Assembly (NCBI GenBank): GCA_030704615.1
Contig: CM060731.1
Span: 36,766,001 to 36,830,000 of the forward strand
Direction of reading: 5' to 3'
DNA from: Takakia lepidozioides
Taxonomy: Eukaryota > Plantae > Bryophyta
DNA: 64,000 nucleotides
The position numbers and the translations under genes were made by a program. Positions 33,101 to 46,704 of the stretch are shown here, in pieces. The first letter of the stretch is position 1, and the number at the start of each line of letters is the position of its first letter. The notes below the pieces were generated by a model. That model was not told the origin of the DNA and ran no database searches. It worked only from the letters and a program-made list of their open reading frames with translations.

Positions 33101-33818
33101 CCAAACCATTTTATCATCCACACACTTAGTTGGGGCATACTTGGGAAGAGGAATGGAATCTGCCACTAGAGAGATCCATACTCATAGAGGTTCTCTAAGA
33201 ACAGTATTTTTTAACAATTCTGGAGGAGGTGCACGCACTGCGAAACTCAACCCCAAGAATTCCATATCACAAAGCACAATAACGTGACGAACTTTGTGTG
33301 TGTCGAGTTGAGACTTTGGGTTGACATTACCAGAAATCCATGAGGTTAATTTCAGCAGCAACCCTCCACCAACAGAGATGTGCAAGAGAGACAATGGTGC
33401 ATTCATTGACCGTTCCCCTTCAAGTCCGATAATCCCCCAGGTTTCTAACCACCCGAGCCAGCAGGGCGAGGGGTGAGACTAAGAGCCCCTAAGAGCTGCC
33501 AATTAGGAAGATAACACGCGGACCGGTAAGTATGTCAATACCTGAACGGCTTGTCAGAGGCTCCTCCGCCGAGGTTGCGCGACCCGCGACTACGGCACCT
33601 TCCTTCACACCAGTAGCTTGAGGCAATTGGGCAAACCCTACAATTCCATCCACCCTGCCTGTACCCGAAGTAGCTGCTACAGATCCATTCGATCCACGAC
33701 TGAAGTTTATCGGATCCGAAGACTTGCAAAAGGGGCGATCTTCGGTGCAAAATGCACAAGTGCAATTGGAATCACCCTCGGTTTGTCTCGATTGTTGACA
33801 TCTTCCCTCACCATCCAT
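30158..33818 (-). CDS. RNI-like/LRR superfamily protein (conserved plant protein), about 6 exons
   Basis: Exons ~33818-33542, 33058-32923 (SLVSLCVGYLGRHLEEIIED), 32752-32583 (AIARRRGLL...SWEILDVSGSDVTD), ~31568-31489 (RCSQLTPRSVRALVQHCPSLTTLRCG), ~30868-30714 (SWEDLD...LRWLVW), 30577-30158 (AERFRLAF...RLAPKRAKN). First exon uncertain. Confidence 0.8.
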
Positions 33819-36118
33819 GTCAATACTTTGGCTGATTCCGCGCTACTCGTGGACTACTAGAATGGGTTTTCAACTTTCTCTGTTCTGTCCGCAATTGCTC
33901 AGGTGGATTTCAATCCTCTAACCTCCTCCTTTAAACCCTTCAGAGGTTTTAATTGCAGTTCTTACCGCCTATTTCCTTCAATTCAAACTACTATCAGTTG
34001 TCTTCTCCTACTCCTTCCGCCTTCTGGTTGAAGTCGACAATTGAGTGATTCACAGCAAAGCAGAAGGAAAGCTTGCGCCTTTGCTCCTCCTCACTCGATC
34101 TTACTCGTTTGCCCTCAACCCACTTTCTGCACAATCCCCCCCTGTTCCCTTTGCCTCTTCTCCCGCCGACCAAACGTGATTCTCCCCAGTTAGCTTGTCT
34201 GAAATTCCCTTCTTCCAAGTCCTCCAGCTGCTGCCCTTTCTCCCTGAACAGGACCACCAAGCCTGCCTGCACAGTGTAGCAAGGGCAGAGAGGGACAATG
34301 AAACACCAGTGCATCCAACTGAGCTTTTTGGCCATATCTTTGCATATATATATATAGACGCCTCCCCAAGGGCGTCGTAAATTATTATGGTGTCTCTTCT
34401 CTTCACCACAAGGGCTACTGCCTTCCAGCTGAAAGGTGGACACCTTCATGACACACCAGACGGTAGTTTGAACCCACAACCACATCCAACGGGGTATGTG
34501 CCCATTACCGCTGGGCTACATGCTGGTTGCCATATCTTAGCAAATTCTTAGATCTCTTACATGAATTCTGGTTTCTCCATCATTCATTTTTTTTTTTTGG
34601 TGGAAAGATCTATCCTCCATCTCCACAAAAACTTTCAGACTTTTTTTTTTTGGCCAGACATTTCCAGGGCAAGATCAGAACTTTTTTGTGGGTTCAACTT
34701 GGAATTCAATAGCACATTGTTGCCGTGGGGCTGTGGGTCCGGGGTTCAATACCCTGTGGTTTCTTGTGCCTCAAGGCTGAGTTAGGGGGATAATTTACCA
34801 CCTCAAGGACCTGTAGCTCGGAAAAAAAATCAACTAAGAATTTCACAACCGTCTTCCATCAATTTCTATTTTCTCTTACCTTATTTGTTTTTGTTTTTGT
34901 TTTGTTTTTTTTTCAAACATCTAAGTATGGGGGATACGCCTCTCAAGTCTTGAAGTTGCGCAGTTACCTCCTTTGTGGGGTGTCTAGTTCAGAGATTTTG
35001 GGCATGTAAGTTAGTCACCCTTTTGTAAGAACATTGTTCTCAAATCCTGGCAAGGTTTTCTGTCCAGTGAAATATGTCATAAAATATGGATGCAATCTAT
35101 CCATGGGAACTTCTCATCCTCCGTTTGTGGGGCTCAACGAACAATGGATAGCCCAATGAAAATCAGAATTTGATTGTTTTAGTACCCAGCGGTTTTGGTT
35201 TCAAACAATGGTTCCAGTTCCTATTACATTTTCGGGCTAGAGAGAACCTCCGGTTCGGGATACTAGGCTAGCAAAAACCGGTGGAGTTAATCAAATTCTA
35301 GAGCAGGTTCTCAAGCCGATTATTTCCAAATTACAGAACCCAGAGGTTATATATTTTCCCCAGTTTTTTCTTATATTGAGAACTGGGGAAAATATATTAG
35401 CGCCCGCTTTGCAGTAATGGGGATGGATGCCAGGACCCTGTGCTCCATTTTGCTATGATGAAAGATTCCTGGAGTTCATCACATGGTTTCAGACTCTTGA
35501 CAAGGCAGAAGATCCTCCAAGATTTTCACAGAAAGAAGACAATATGAAGGTCAATATTGAGGTCTGAAACCTCTTCTTTGTGGGTGTCTAGAAATTCCCC
35601 ACCTCTTCCATTCTTTCTGGTGCTAGTCGCCTGCCTTGCATGACTTCACTAGCATGCATCTTTCCAGCTGGGACCACATCAATCCATGAAGACTGTCAGA
35701 AAGATTGCACTTGAGGGATCAACATCCAAGGTCACATTGTATCTGTTTGTGAGAGTGGTACAAGGTATACGATGTGTGATCAAAACCTCTCCCCCCCACC
35801 CCCCCCACTCCCCCACAACACTTATCTTTAGACAGCTTGATGAAGATTCTCATAGAGAGAGAACACTGACAGCTACCTACCCAGTCTTGCAAGCTTCAAA
35901 GGTAGAAACCATGCAGTAGAACAGCTGCAAGGGAGGCTAGCAATCTCCTTCTACTGGGTAGCAAATAAACTAGCCAAAAATGCTGATGCAGGAAAGAGCA
36001 GAAAATAATTTGTAGAGGTTACAAGCTAAGAGTGATACTAAGTGGAGCGTAAAAGGGAGGCTTGCAATCTGTGGTATACTGTTCAGAGCTTCGGCAGCCA
36101 ATTTAAGGGAGACATCGG

Positions 36119-39100
36119 TCACCTAAAGGGATACTGTGAAGCCAATGGTCTGATACGACATTGTCTCGAAACCCTCAAACTGAGAGTAAAAAGGTGGAAT
36201 AGAAGTCTTTTTGATGCTGACAAAGTGGGCATCTCACTCAGTGGATTGCTCACTACACTACCTTGGGGGTGAGAGAGTGGCTCCACAGGCTTTGTCTGCT
36301 CGTATTCCGTGTTTTTTCTAAAAGAAGTCTGGAAGGGTAGAAAGTCGATTCCCAGCATGGGCTTCAATACTTCTGGGACCCTGACACCGCCCTTGGTCTG
36401 ATAGTTCTCAAGAATGCAGCAGAGTGTCCGCTCAGTTGCTGTAAGCGTGGAATTTAAAAGATGTACATAATGCTTCCCTTGGTCGTTTGCCTGCATGAAC
36501 CACACAAGGTTTAATAGCGAACCCAACACCAGTCTGTACCATCTGGGGGCACCCAATCACTTCATTTGTCTTAAAACTACTGACCAAACATGACAGACTC
36601 ACAGAGAGATAATCGTGCATTTAACACCCTCCTTCAATTGGAAAGTCATACAGGAAGCACAGGCGACAATGTCTAGCCTGGCAATGCCAACTGCAAACAG
36701 ACAGCCTGTGAAGACCACCATTAAAAGAGGTGGGCCAGGGGAAGCTCAAACTACTTCAGAGGATCTTCATTTCACAAGTCCAGATTCTATAATTGTACAC
36801 CATTATAATACCACGATTTATGTGGTCTGATGGATTGACCTATGATAGCTAAAAGAGGGGTGCCGGAGGCAAGGGTAATGTCTGACCTTTTTCTGACCCC
36901 ACCGAATCTCAAGATCTCGCGACTGATAGTCAGTACAGTTTGAGCATGACACGAGCTCACGGTACTTTCTCGATGCAGGAAACCAGGCCTCCAAGTCATA
37001 CTTCTTGGCTGCTGCATCGTTGAGGGCCCCTGAAACAATAGACACCACTCGGTATGGCAAACCCAACTGCACCCAAAAAAATTTGTGAGGTTCAAGTAGA
37101 TGTACATGTACTGCTACAAAATCTTCACTCTTAGTTAGGGCCTTTTCAGCTCTAGCCTTAAATCGGAAAAATGCAAGGTCTTAGATAAATAATTTTCCAC
37201 CAGCAGTGCAGTATTGCTAGGAGTGGGCGAGTCCCAGACTTAGGCATAAAATAAAAAAGAATATGAAAAATTGCTGAAGCTTGTTAGGATGCAAATCCCG
37301 GATCAAATCCTTGCATATAGAGTCCACAGTGGAAAATCTCCAAGTTGACATCTTGCTGGGTAAGAAAGTAAATACCTCTTGATAAAAATCCTCTGAAGTT
37401 TTAAGCATCTCCTCATGCATATCCCATGATTCGGTGCCGTTTGGACTCGTGATACAAAACTGCTCCACTTTCTCAAATTGGTGCACTCGAAATATGCCCA
37501 GTGTATCCCTCCCATGAGATCCAGCCTCCTTTCTAAAGCATGTTGAATACCCAGCATATCTGCCTAAACACCACCATGCCCACAACAAACACAAACACGG
37601 ATGTGCCTCATTCTTGATTATTCAGTCTTCCTGTGCTGCTCCTCCCTGCCTTACTTCCAGCCCAGCCCCACTGCACTCTCACAAGCATGCACCTTGTATC
37701 AAAGGATCCTATGATTACCTGATAGGAAGAGACTTAGGGTCCATCCACTTATCACGATGAAGAGCACACAGTGGTTGCTCTGCTGTAGCAATCAAATACT
37801 TGTCATCCCCATCCCCCACTACCTGCACAATTGCCGACTTAGTTATTATGCAGCCTACAGATGCCTTCATCTCTCCAATATGGATGAGGGTGATAAATGA
37901 AAAGGACAAAAACGCAGTTGCTCCAGAGTAGGTCAGTGACTTGGAAGGTGAAGCATGTCTCCCTCTCTCTATACTTTGGCTCCTGGCCACAAGGCTGTAG
38001 CAAACAATGTCTTAAAAGTACATTCTACTTTGGCCCGTGAGCCCATGATGTAGCCACCTGTGGACTTCATAAAGGTTCTTTCTTTCTTTCTTCCATTTTG
38101 TCGCCTGTGAGAGGCCATTGTGCAAAAATTCATTTCTATTCTCCCTCCTCTCTCTCCCTGCATGAGGCAGCCTGTCTCCATGCACCAATTTGAGTTTTTT
38201 GACACGTTGTTTGGTTTTCCTTGTTCTCTGGGCCTCCTGTCGACCATAATAAATTCCGTTCTTCATTTTTCTTCTTTCTTAGATGAGAAAAGGGTAAACA
38301 CCCAAGATCAAACTTTATGAATTGAAAACCTCTCCAACCATACACATAAGCAACGTAGCTCAACTGATTGCCCAGCCAGTGGACATCAATGATATTGTGA
38401 GTGCTCCTTGAAACTAAAAGCTTCTCAGCTAATAGAAGAAGGACATGGATCTCTACCTTGTAAAGTTCTTCATCAAACTGTGCCAACTGTGCACATTTGG
38501 CCATCACCTCCTTTTGCATAAAGTAGGGGGTCTGCAATAACGTATAGCCTCGCTTCATCAGGAAGGTCAGCCCAAAATTTACAAGAGCTTGATTGAGCAG
38601 GACACCATACTGCTTCAAGAAGTAGCCCCTGCCTCCTGCCACATTTGTCCCTGCCACAAGCATGGCAACAACATGGCGAGCTCAAACAAGAGAAAAAGAT
38701 AGACAGAGCAGTAACAGGGTAGAGAGAGAAAGAAGAAAATATTGACTTATGACATCCACAAGAGGCCAAGAGAGATAAAGTAACTTGATGCCATCCATGG
38801 AGGGCCCATGGGACAAGTACAAGGAGACCACCTCAGACGGACAAAAAAGTTTAAGGGAGGACCAGTGGGGCAGGAGAGACAGAGAGCCGCCAACCTGCCT
38901 CTAGATCAACCAGACCAAGCTTCTGTATGAGGTCCACATGGTTCTTTAGACCTGTCTCTTCTCTAGGAGTTCCCCACATTCGAATGACAGCATTGTTGTC
39001 CTGTGGTGCAAGAAATGAGAATATTAATCCCAAAAACACACCACATATTAAAATCATGACCGGCGTTCAGTACACAGACCATCCATAGAAATACAGCTTG

Positions 39101-40873
39101 AGATTTTTTTGTGGTGCCATGGGGCCCTGGATAGATGTCTTCAGCAGTGAGTGGTGGAACTAGATGGTCACGCTTGTGTACCAGCCTTTGCCAGACAGAA
39201 TGCAAATTATGCATAGGTTTGGGATTTATGGTTCAGTGCACTGGCCAAAGCAAGAGTAGTCAACAAAAAGCCCAACTCCCAGGTTGAACTTCTGCACTAA
39301 AGTTCCGCTGTAAGGGTCCCACTACTTTAATTTCCTTTGAGCATAGGAAATGGCTTCCACGTAGTATGACTGATCAGCTGAGACTCTGGATCGTATTCAA
39401 ATGAAGACTATCCACACCTGCTGCTTGGAGTTTGTGAGGAGTGCTGCAGAGTTCTTGTACGCTAAGATTGGCCTTGAAGTCCTGAGAACTTACTGGAAGA
39501 TTTGAAGCTCTTAAATGCAACAAGAACTTGAACTTTGATTCCACTGTGTACAAACCACCATTTACTCTCTGAACTCACACACCATCTTGGCCTTCTGCTG
39601 GGCACTGTGGAGTTGGTGTCCAGGGAAACATTGAATCTGACATCAAAACCTTGTAAAGATGATACAGCTCCCCCCGATACATGTGAATCTACGCAAGAAC
39701 CTGCTGTTCAAAAAGATACAACTTCTTTCAGTGAGAAGTAACCTCATTGTCGTCAATTGGCACAGAGTCGTGCAACAGATTGCCCACAACCCGCAGGCGT
39801 GTGTCCACTGCTTCCCTTGATTCCTCCCCCTCCTTCTCCTTGGCCTCTCTCAATTCCACCAGTTTTCTCATTTGGGCCACCAGCTCTCCATCCTCTTGCT
39901 TAGCCTGTAAAGAGGATCATTGTCATAATCACCCACCTTTTCACAATCTGCATCAAAATGTGAAGTGAAATTAAACTGAGTTGGGATGCCATCAGTGGTA
40001 TGTACCACCTCTAATTCAAATGGTGGGTGGGAAAGAGGTGCTAGTTGGTAACCGATAACTTATGACAGAGTAATTCGGTCTGGTCCTCTAAGTCTCCTCA
40101 CTTAAAGATGCATTTCACATGGAACTGCAACCACATTAGAGTAGACGTTCATCTATTGACTGTAACTAGAATGCAGGTGATTTTCGACGAAAGTGGGCAA
40201 CCGGTTGGCTTCTAAAGCGTCACTCACTACTTGATTCCACTCGTGTAACATAATTTACTGCAAGTCTTCGCCTCTGATGAATGGACATCCGACTCCGACT
40301 AATCAGTAGCTGCACACATAAGAGTGTAAGGCTATCGTTTGCAAGACTTGGCTTAAGATCCACATCCCAACAATGTAATGACGAGGCACAGGGTAACAAA
40401 AACCCTTATAGACTATAAACAAGCTGGCTGAATTGATAACACTGGATGGCTTACAATTCTCTTCTTAGCGATCTCCTTGTTGAGAGAGTTGACATCCGTT
40501 CTTATATTGATTAGCTCGTACTCACCTGTGCACCATGTCAATTGGGAAGCGTGATGACGAAAAACCAATGAGAATAACGTTACAAAAGTTAAGGGAGTAC
40601 AACCAGGAAAAGGAAAATCAATAGAAACTGCACAGGAGAAACAAAAATCAGATTCAACCAACTTCAAAACGACCAGGAGGCTGTCTTGTAGCGGACTGAG
40701 AAGACCCTCCAGCAGATGGGGCAAGAAAGGAGACACATACGTTGGCGCCATTGCTTATCAAGCTCAATGATCTCATCCACCAGCTCCACACTGGCGTAGC
40801 GCCGCCTCTGCGACTCTCGAATCCTCTCCGGGTCATGGCCCTTGTACTCCCGAAACAAATTGATGTCCAGCAT
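36119..40873 (-). CDS. Cytosolic seryl-tRNA synthetase, multi-exon
   Basis: MLDINLFRE...ESQRRR; GGRGYFLK; [12 protein letters not shown]; [34 protein letters not shown]; YDLEAWFP...[14 protein letters not shown]; [22 protein letters not shown]. Confidence 0.95.
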
Positions 40874-41456
40874 GTTTTCCCCCAACTAGTCAATGCAGGC
40901 ACCCTCAGATACAAAGAACCCACAGGAGCTTGAGATCAAAAGAGCGATGCTTGAGTGCAGGAAAGTCAGATATGTTATATTCTGCAAGATTTACTGCAGT
41001 GTGAACAGGAGTTCCCTAAACTCTGGATGATTTCCGTCAGCCCGTTTTCTGACGTCAAGAGGTAAACCCTCCCACGGGTCGTTCCAGCCTAAGGCCGTTG
41101 GGCCTTCTAAAGGTAAACCGCATTGGAGCACTGCACACTTTTGCAGGATTGTATTATGGAGCAAAGCTCACATCCCCTGCTTTTGTAAGTGCAATTTCCG
41201 CGTGTTGTAAGACCAAATTCATTCTTGCATTTCCATTCTTTAGACTGTGGACCTGTGTGAGTGGGTATGTTGGGTTTCGAGATTATCTGAAAAGGATGAT
41301 CCAACATGGTTTTGGGACAAGGGAGATGGAGATTGGTCTCTCATTAGGGTTTTGAGGGTCTGAGGGAGAGTGTTGAGATGAGAGCATCTTGCAGAGCTGC
41401 CTTTGTTACTTGGGGGTGATTCACAGAAGGTAGAAGATTGATTTGAAGTGGGAGAC

Positions 41457-42432
41457 ATGAGTTACTTGCTGCAAAACCTGACCAAGAAGGAGGAGGTGGA
41501 CGAATTGATCGGTAACACGATTGACAAAGTGCTGGTGCTTCGAGTTGGTCGTGCCACCGAAGTTGTGTGCATGCAGCTGGATGAAATAGTAAGTGTTTGC
41601 TCCATGCTTCGTATCTTTCCGATTTGGTGGGTTTATTTATGCTTCCAGTTGCCTAGTTTATGCACAGTTCGGTTTGCCAATTAGTAAAGATTGTGTCGGT
41701 GGCTGGGAGCAGCTTGCAAAATCACTGAGAGAAGTGTCCAAGTTCGCGTCAATAGGGTTAGTGGACGTGGATGCCGCAGAGATTCAAGTGTATGTGAAGT
41801 ACTTCGATATCACTCTCATTCCTGCTACCATTTTCTTCTTCAATGCCCAGCACATGAAGATGGATTCTGGGTATGGTGCCCCACTCCTTCCATTCGCGAA
41901 TTCTTTCTTTTTTTGACGGTGGTGTGCTGTTTCTTAACATTTCTGTATGTAGAACTTAACGAACTGAACATCGCTCTTTGTTTATGTTTCTGTCAGCATT
42001 CCAATTGCTTTCAAAATTATCTATCCTCCCTTTTGGTATGGACCTTATGTAAATTTTATGTGCTTGCATATTAACATGTTTTGACTCGGCAAGTCCTTTG
42101 GCTGTCAATACAGCACCCCTGATCACACAAAGTGGATCGGAGCTTTTCACAGCAAGCAAGATTTTATAGACGTGGTGGAGGTAAAGCCTTTCCCTGAGCA
42201 ATTTGTTGGGATGGTGTCATTAAAGCCTAGTGGAAGAATCGAAGAGAACTTAGAGAGGCAAGTGCCAGTGATGTTATGTCAGTTTTCTCTGAGTTGACAT
42301 AGTAGTGCACATGTGCATGTTTGCACATTGCAGACCATCTTCAGGGGCGCAATGAGGGGGAAGATGATTGTGACATGCCCTCTACCACCTGAGCGTGTAC
42401 CAAAGTTTCAGCTTCTTTACAAGGACATATAG
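41457..42432 (+). CDS. Dim1-family thioredoxin-like protein (TXNL4B/DIM2-like), 4 exons, head-to-head with SerRS
   Basis: MSYLLQNL...DKVLVLR..CMQLDEI | YVKYFDITLIPATIFFFNAQHMKMDSG | PDHTKWIGAFHSKQDFIDVVE | IFRGAMRGKMIVTCPLP...FQLLYKDI*. Confidence 0.92.
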
Positions 42433-43299
42433 CTGTTTGTTTCATTACTTTTGCAAAGACCTAACAAGTGAGTTCGCATCCTAGCTATAAATAGGATTCT
42501 CTTCTTACCTTCATATTAAGGAGGATGCACAGTTAATAGGAAGTGATAAGATGTGCTCAAAGGAAAGCATTTTCTGACCCTGGTGGAACAACCGAGGCAA
42601 ATAGGTGAATGCCTGTTAGATTACGGAGAGTAGCAAACGCAATTCAGCATAGGAACTAGTGTGATAAGCTAGAACAAATCTCGGCTGTCATTGTCAGTTC
42701 AGTCACTATGACTTTCGAAAGAGTGAAGAACGATTCCACCTTGAATGGTGATGATGCGCATGCTTCAAATGAATTCATTTCAACCAAATAATAAATTATT
42801 CTTGGAAATATAGGGTATTTAATATTTGTTTAATACAATAAATTATAATTAAAATAGCATATAAAATATTCACCATATTACAAAATTATGTAATTATAGG
42901 ATATAAAAAATACCCAAAATAAATGCAATACCCCTACAAAATACCCATTTATCTCATGTGCCTTAGGTGCCCTATATAAGTGATAGAGTGTGACTTCCCC
43001 GGGTCCATTGCTAACTGGAGTGGTGAGCTGACTGTCCCTTTAATTAGGATTTGCACCCAAACTTATTGAGAGGACAGTGTTGGTGGTTGAGTTTCTTCCC
43101 CAATAGACCAAGTTTCCAGTGTCACTTCAGGAAGTCTTCCAACGAACTAAGAACATGGAGGGGGGAGCAAAAGAGAGAGAGACAATGTACTCAAAATATT
43201 TTGTTTGCTGTAGCCTTGTGTACCCCACACCAGTTTGACTGGAACACAAAGGGACAGAAACTACCTTTGTCAGGGACTCGCCTTGAAAGATGCAATTGA

Positions 43300-45800
43300 T
43301 CCGAGTTTTCCATATATCCTCTAGACATCCCTGCACACATCCGCCGTGTGTGATTTGCCCAATAATTTGACCCCTAAAGGGCCTGGGCTTTTGCTCAGCC
43401 ATGAGATTTTCAAGTTGGTAAACAGAGGTACAGGAACAATTCCCTTGATGGAATTGAAGAGGGCGTCTCTCTGGTGAGAGTATCCAGGACAATGAAAGAA
43501 GAACTGGATATTGTCTTCAGGTTGCCCACGCACTTACAATCCCCCTTTCCTCTCTGCATCTATTTGCTGTTCAAAGGTAGGCTACCCACCCTGAGTGCCA
43601 AGAGTGGGTAAACCCTTGAGGTCATCATGGATGACCTCACCCGCGTCACAGAGTGGAAACAAATTCAGGGACGCTTTCTCCCTAACTCCATTTTCATCAG
43701 ACAATTTCCTGGCAACATACATGGCTTTGGATACTACTGCCTTAAAGTCAGATTTATCCAGCAGGGTCATGGCTTGCAGACTTAGATTCAGATCCTTAAA
43801 ATTCTCACCCTCTGCCGCCAGGACTTAGCCTGTTTGACAGGGCACTCCTGCTTCCAAGATATAGAGTGGACTAACTTAGGATATCTGGTATTAGTCATAC
43901 ATTGCAGCTGACCCCACCATCTGACCTTGAATGCATTGCGTGGGGAGCTTAAGGGAGGAATGCCAAACTCACCCCCAACGGCCCACAGTTGCCAGCAGCC
44001 TACCGTGCCTAGAGATAAAACAGAGAACAGACTAGGCATCTGAATTGGAAAATAACCAGATGAAGAAGAAAAGCCATGGGGGATAGGACCAACGATAGCA
44101 TTTTGTGCCATACTGAAGCTGGGTTTTCAGCTTCTCCTTCCTACTTTTCATGTGCCTCCACAGAGAAAACCTAGAGCTAATCGGGCTCTGCACAGCAAGG
44201 AAGCTGGTTGTGTCTCGATTCAAAACTGGTGGAGCAGATAAGGCCACCTTTACCCCAAGAGGTGTTGGCGAGAAGAGCAGCTCCAAAGGAATTGGGGTGC
44301 ACCTCCTTTGGAATCAGCGAGAAGAGCAGCTCCCCTCCTGCTCAGAGCTTTGTGGAAGAGCTGCACACAGGACTCTCCGAGCTTCAGTCAAAAGGTCCGA
44401 AAAGATAAGCGCTTGATAGCTCTCTGCAAGGCTAGTGGCTTACCCTCATAAACTAATGAGCACCTAGCCTTCCAAATATGGCAAAGGTTAGAGTAGCCTA
44501 GCCCAGATAAGGACTAAGTAGAGGGCTAAAGATTCTTGGAACCCACTTAGAAAAGAGAGAGACGACTTGAGACTCCGGGTCTAGCACACCTAGACCACCA
44601 TATCTGTTTTTTAGAGATCTGTTGCCAGGAAACAAGAGCTCTTCTGCGGGGGGAATCGAGCGATGCACCCCAAAGGAATTGACGAATCAATGCTTTAACT
44701 TCTTTGATAAGGGCAGTGCCTGGCGACCAACAGAAGCAAAATACCAATCATTTGGAAGAAGTACCTGGTTTGCCACGCTCGACCAGCCAGAGAGAGGTTT
44801 GCCGAGATCCAGTAAGCGAGTTTGCTTTGCAAGGCTGCGAGAATCTGTGAGCCTCAGAAAGGTCAACCCTATCTGGTGACCAAAGAGAGTATGAGAAGTC
44901 TCGGGCGACACCAACTTCAGCCCTAGCCCGTGACCCCAAACTTGGCAGTGAGAAGAAAAAGGAGGTTTAGAGAGAACTCCGATCGATTTACTCCAAGTGA
45001 TATGAAGCCCAGAAGCTACACAAAAGGAATGAAGCGTGTTCCGAGCTAGCTGAATAGTCTGACTGTCTGAATTGTCAAGAAGCAGAACTGTATCGTCAGC
45101 TGAGTTGTCTTCACATGAAGGGAGGGATGACGGGGAGGCAGATGGAGAGACTGCAAATCTTGCCGTTGGCTGCCAGGTGACGGCCGAAAGCATCTGCAGC
45201 GATGAGGAACAGGCAGCCTTGTCTTACAGACGGTGAAGAGCAAATGAGCGAGAGAGAGCTCCGTTGACCAGCACCTTGCCGGGGGCGGAGAAGAGAAGAA
45301 TGCTGCTGACCCATTTCAGAAAATCACCAACTTCCCAATGCACCAAAGAGAAAAGACCAATCTAGATTAGCGAAGGCTTTTTGAAAGTCAAGAAGAAGGA
45401 GAGGCAAGGGCTGCTCATAGCACTCAGCTTGGTGCGTAGCTTCATTCACCAACAGAACATTGTCAAAGTCATCATTTTTTATGAAGCCTTTGTTCAGAGC
45501 GGATAATGGGACGGTAGTAGAAGAGGTTGAAGTCTCAGAGTCAACCACATAACCCGAAAACCAGAAAAATCTCAACGGGCATACCATGGAGGCCAGGCAC
45601 TTTCATGGGGGGGCATAGTGAAAGGCAATTGACAGGTTTGCGGAGTCCGAGAGAGAGACAGAGTTGGGGATATTGCCCAGAGCTGACTGTTGGTTGACCA
45701 ATATGACTGGAGTGACGTTACTCTTGCTGAAGAGAGAAGCAAACAAACAAATCAGCCGCCAACGCCGCTTGTAATTTAGGGACAGAGCACGGATCACCAT
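43300..45800 (-). mobile_element. Degraded L1/Tx1-like LINE (reverse transcriptase remnant)
   Basis: Fragments LLLLDFQKAFANLDWSFLFGAL, VRQGC, ADDTVLLL, GLHITWSKS, LIRQFLWG...ALVSWQQI and C-terminal QFFFHCP. Confidence 0.8.
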
Positions 45801-46704
45801 TGCTATCCTTGAGTTCAGGGATGGCAATGCTTTCTTTCCTTCTAATAGCTGAAAACTATCCGGGAATACTTATTAGTGAGGATGCACTGTGTTTCTATTT
45901 GGCCTCTTGTAAACCCACAAGGCAAGACTATGGATTTGCGAAGTTCACGATCGTCCCGTGGTGGGCATGGTCACATCTAAGGCAGGCACAACGGCCGATA
46001 CGGGGAGGGGCGATGCGGGGGAGGCACCTGCTGCGCCGATCACTTCCTTCCCTCGCCTTGAAGAAAGCGATTTTGTGCTTGTTTTGATACATGTACTGCC
46101 AATCCTCATACGCTTCCACGAAGGTAAAGACTAAAAGACTGTTGACGGTGTATAGTGTATACCTTGCGTTGTTTCCAGGCTGTTTCGTCCCTTTTCCTCG
46201 CTGCATCTGGATGCTGAAATTTGTAGATTTTTCCTACCTCCCTAAATCCAATGTCGTTTTTGTCTCTCCATTCTTCGTCTGTTTTGACGGTCGTTTCTGC
46301 TATCAGGGTGCAATGCAGTGCGTAGCGTATACTGTTCATGCCTCTGTGATTTTTTATTTCATCTTCGTTGCCTCCATTCTGCATCTATGAACACTCGCGG
46401 ATCCCACCACTGTCTGTTTTCTAGTATTCTTAGCTTTCGTATCTCACAGGTGCACCAAGTGCTAAAGTAATTAATGCCTCATAAAGCAGACGGGAAGAGC
46501 CTCACAGCTTTTGCATCTTGTGTTTCTACTTCCAAGTCCGATCAGGCGGTGCCTCAAGCTCTGGACTTGCAATGTTTATGTTTTCGAAACTGCCTGATCC
46601 TCGTTATATGTCTGTCTGTCAGGCAGCCTATGTAAGCTGAGAAGGCTTGGAGTGGTCTTGAGACTTGGGCCATTGGCGGAGGAGCCTACCCAGGGCCAAG
46701 ACAC

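Noticed and set aside
33994-34485. 163-aa minus-strand ORF
   Set aside because: No motifs; probably the upstream/UTR region of the RNI-like gene.
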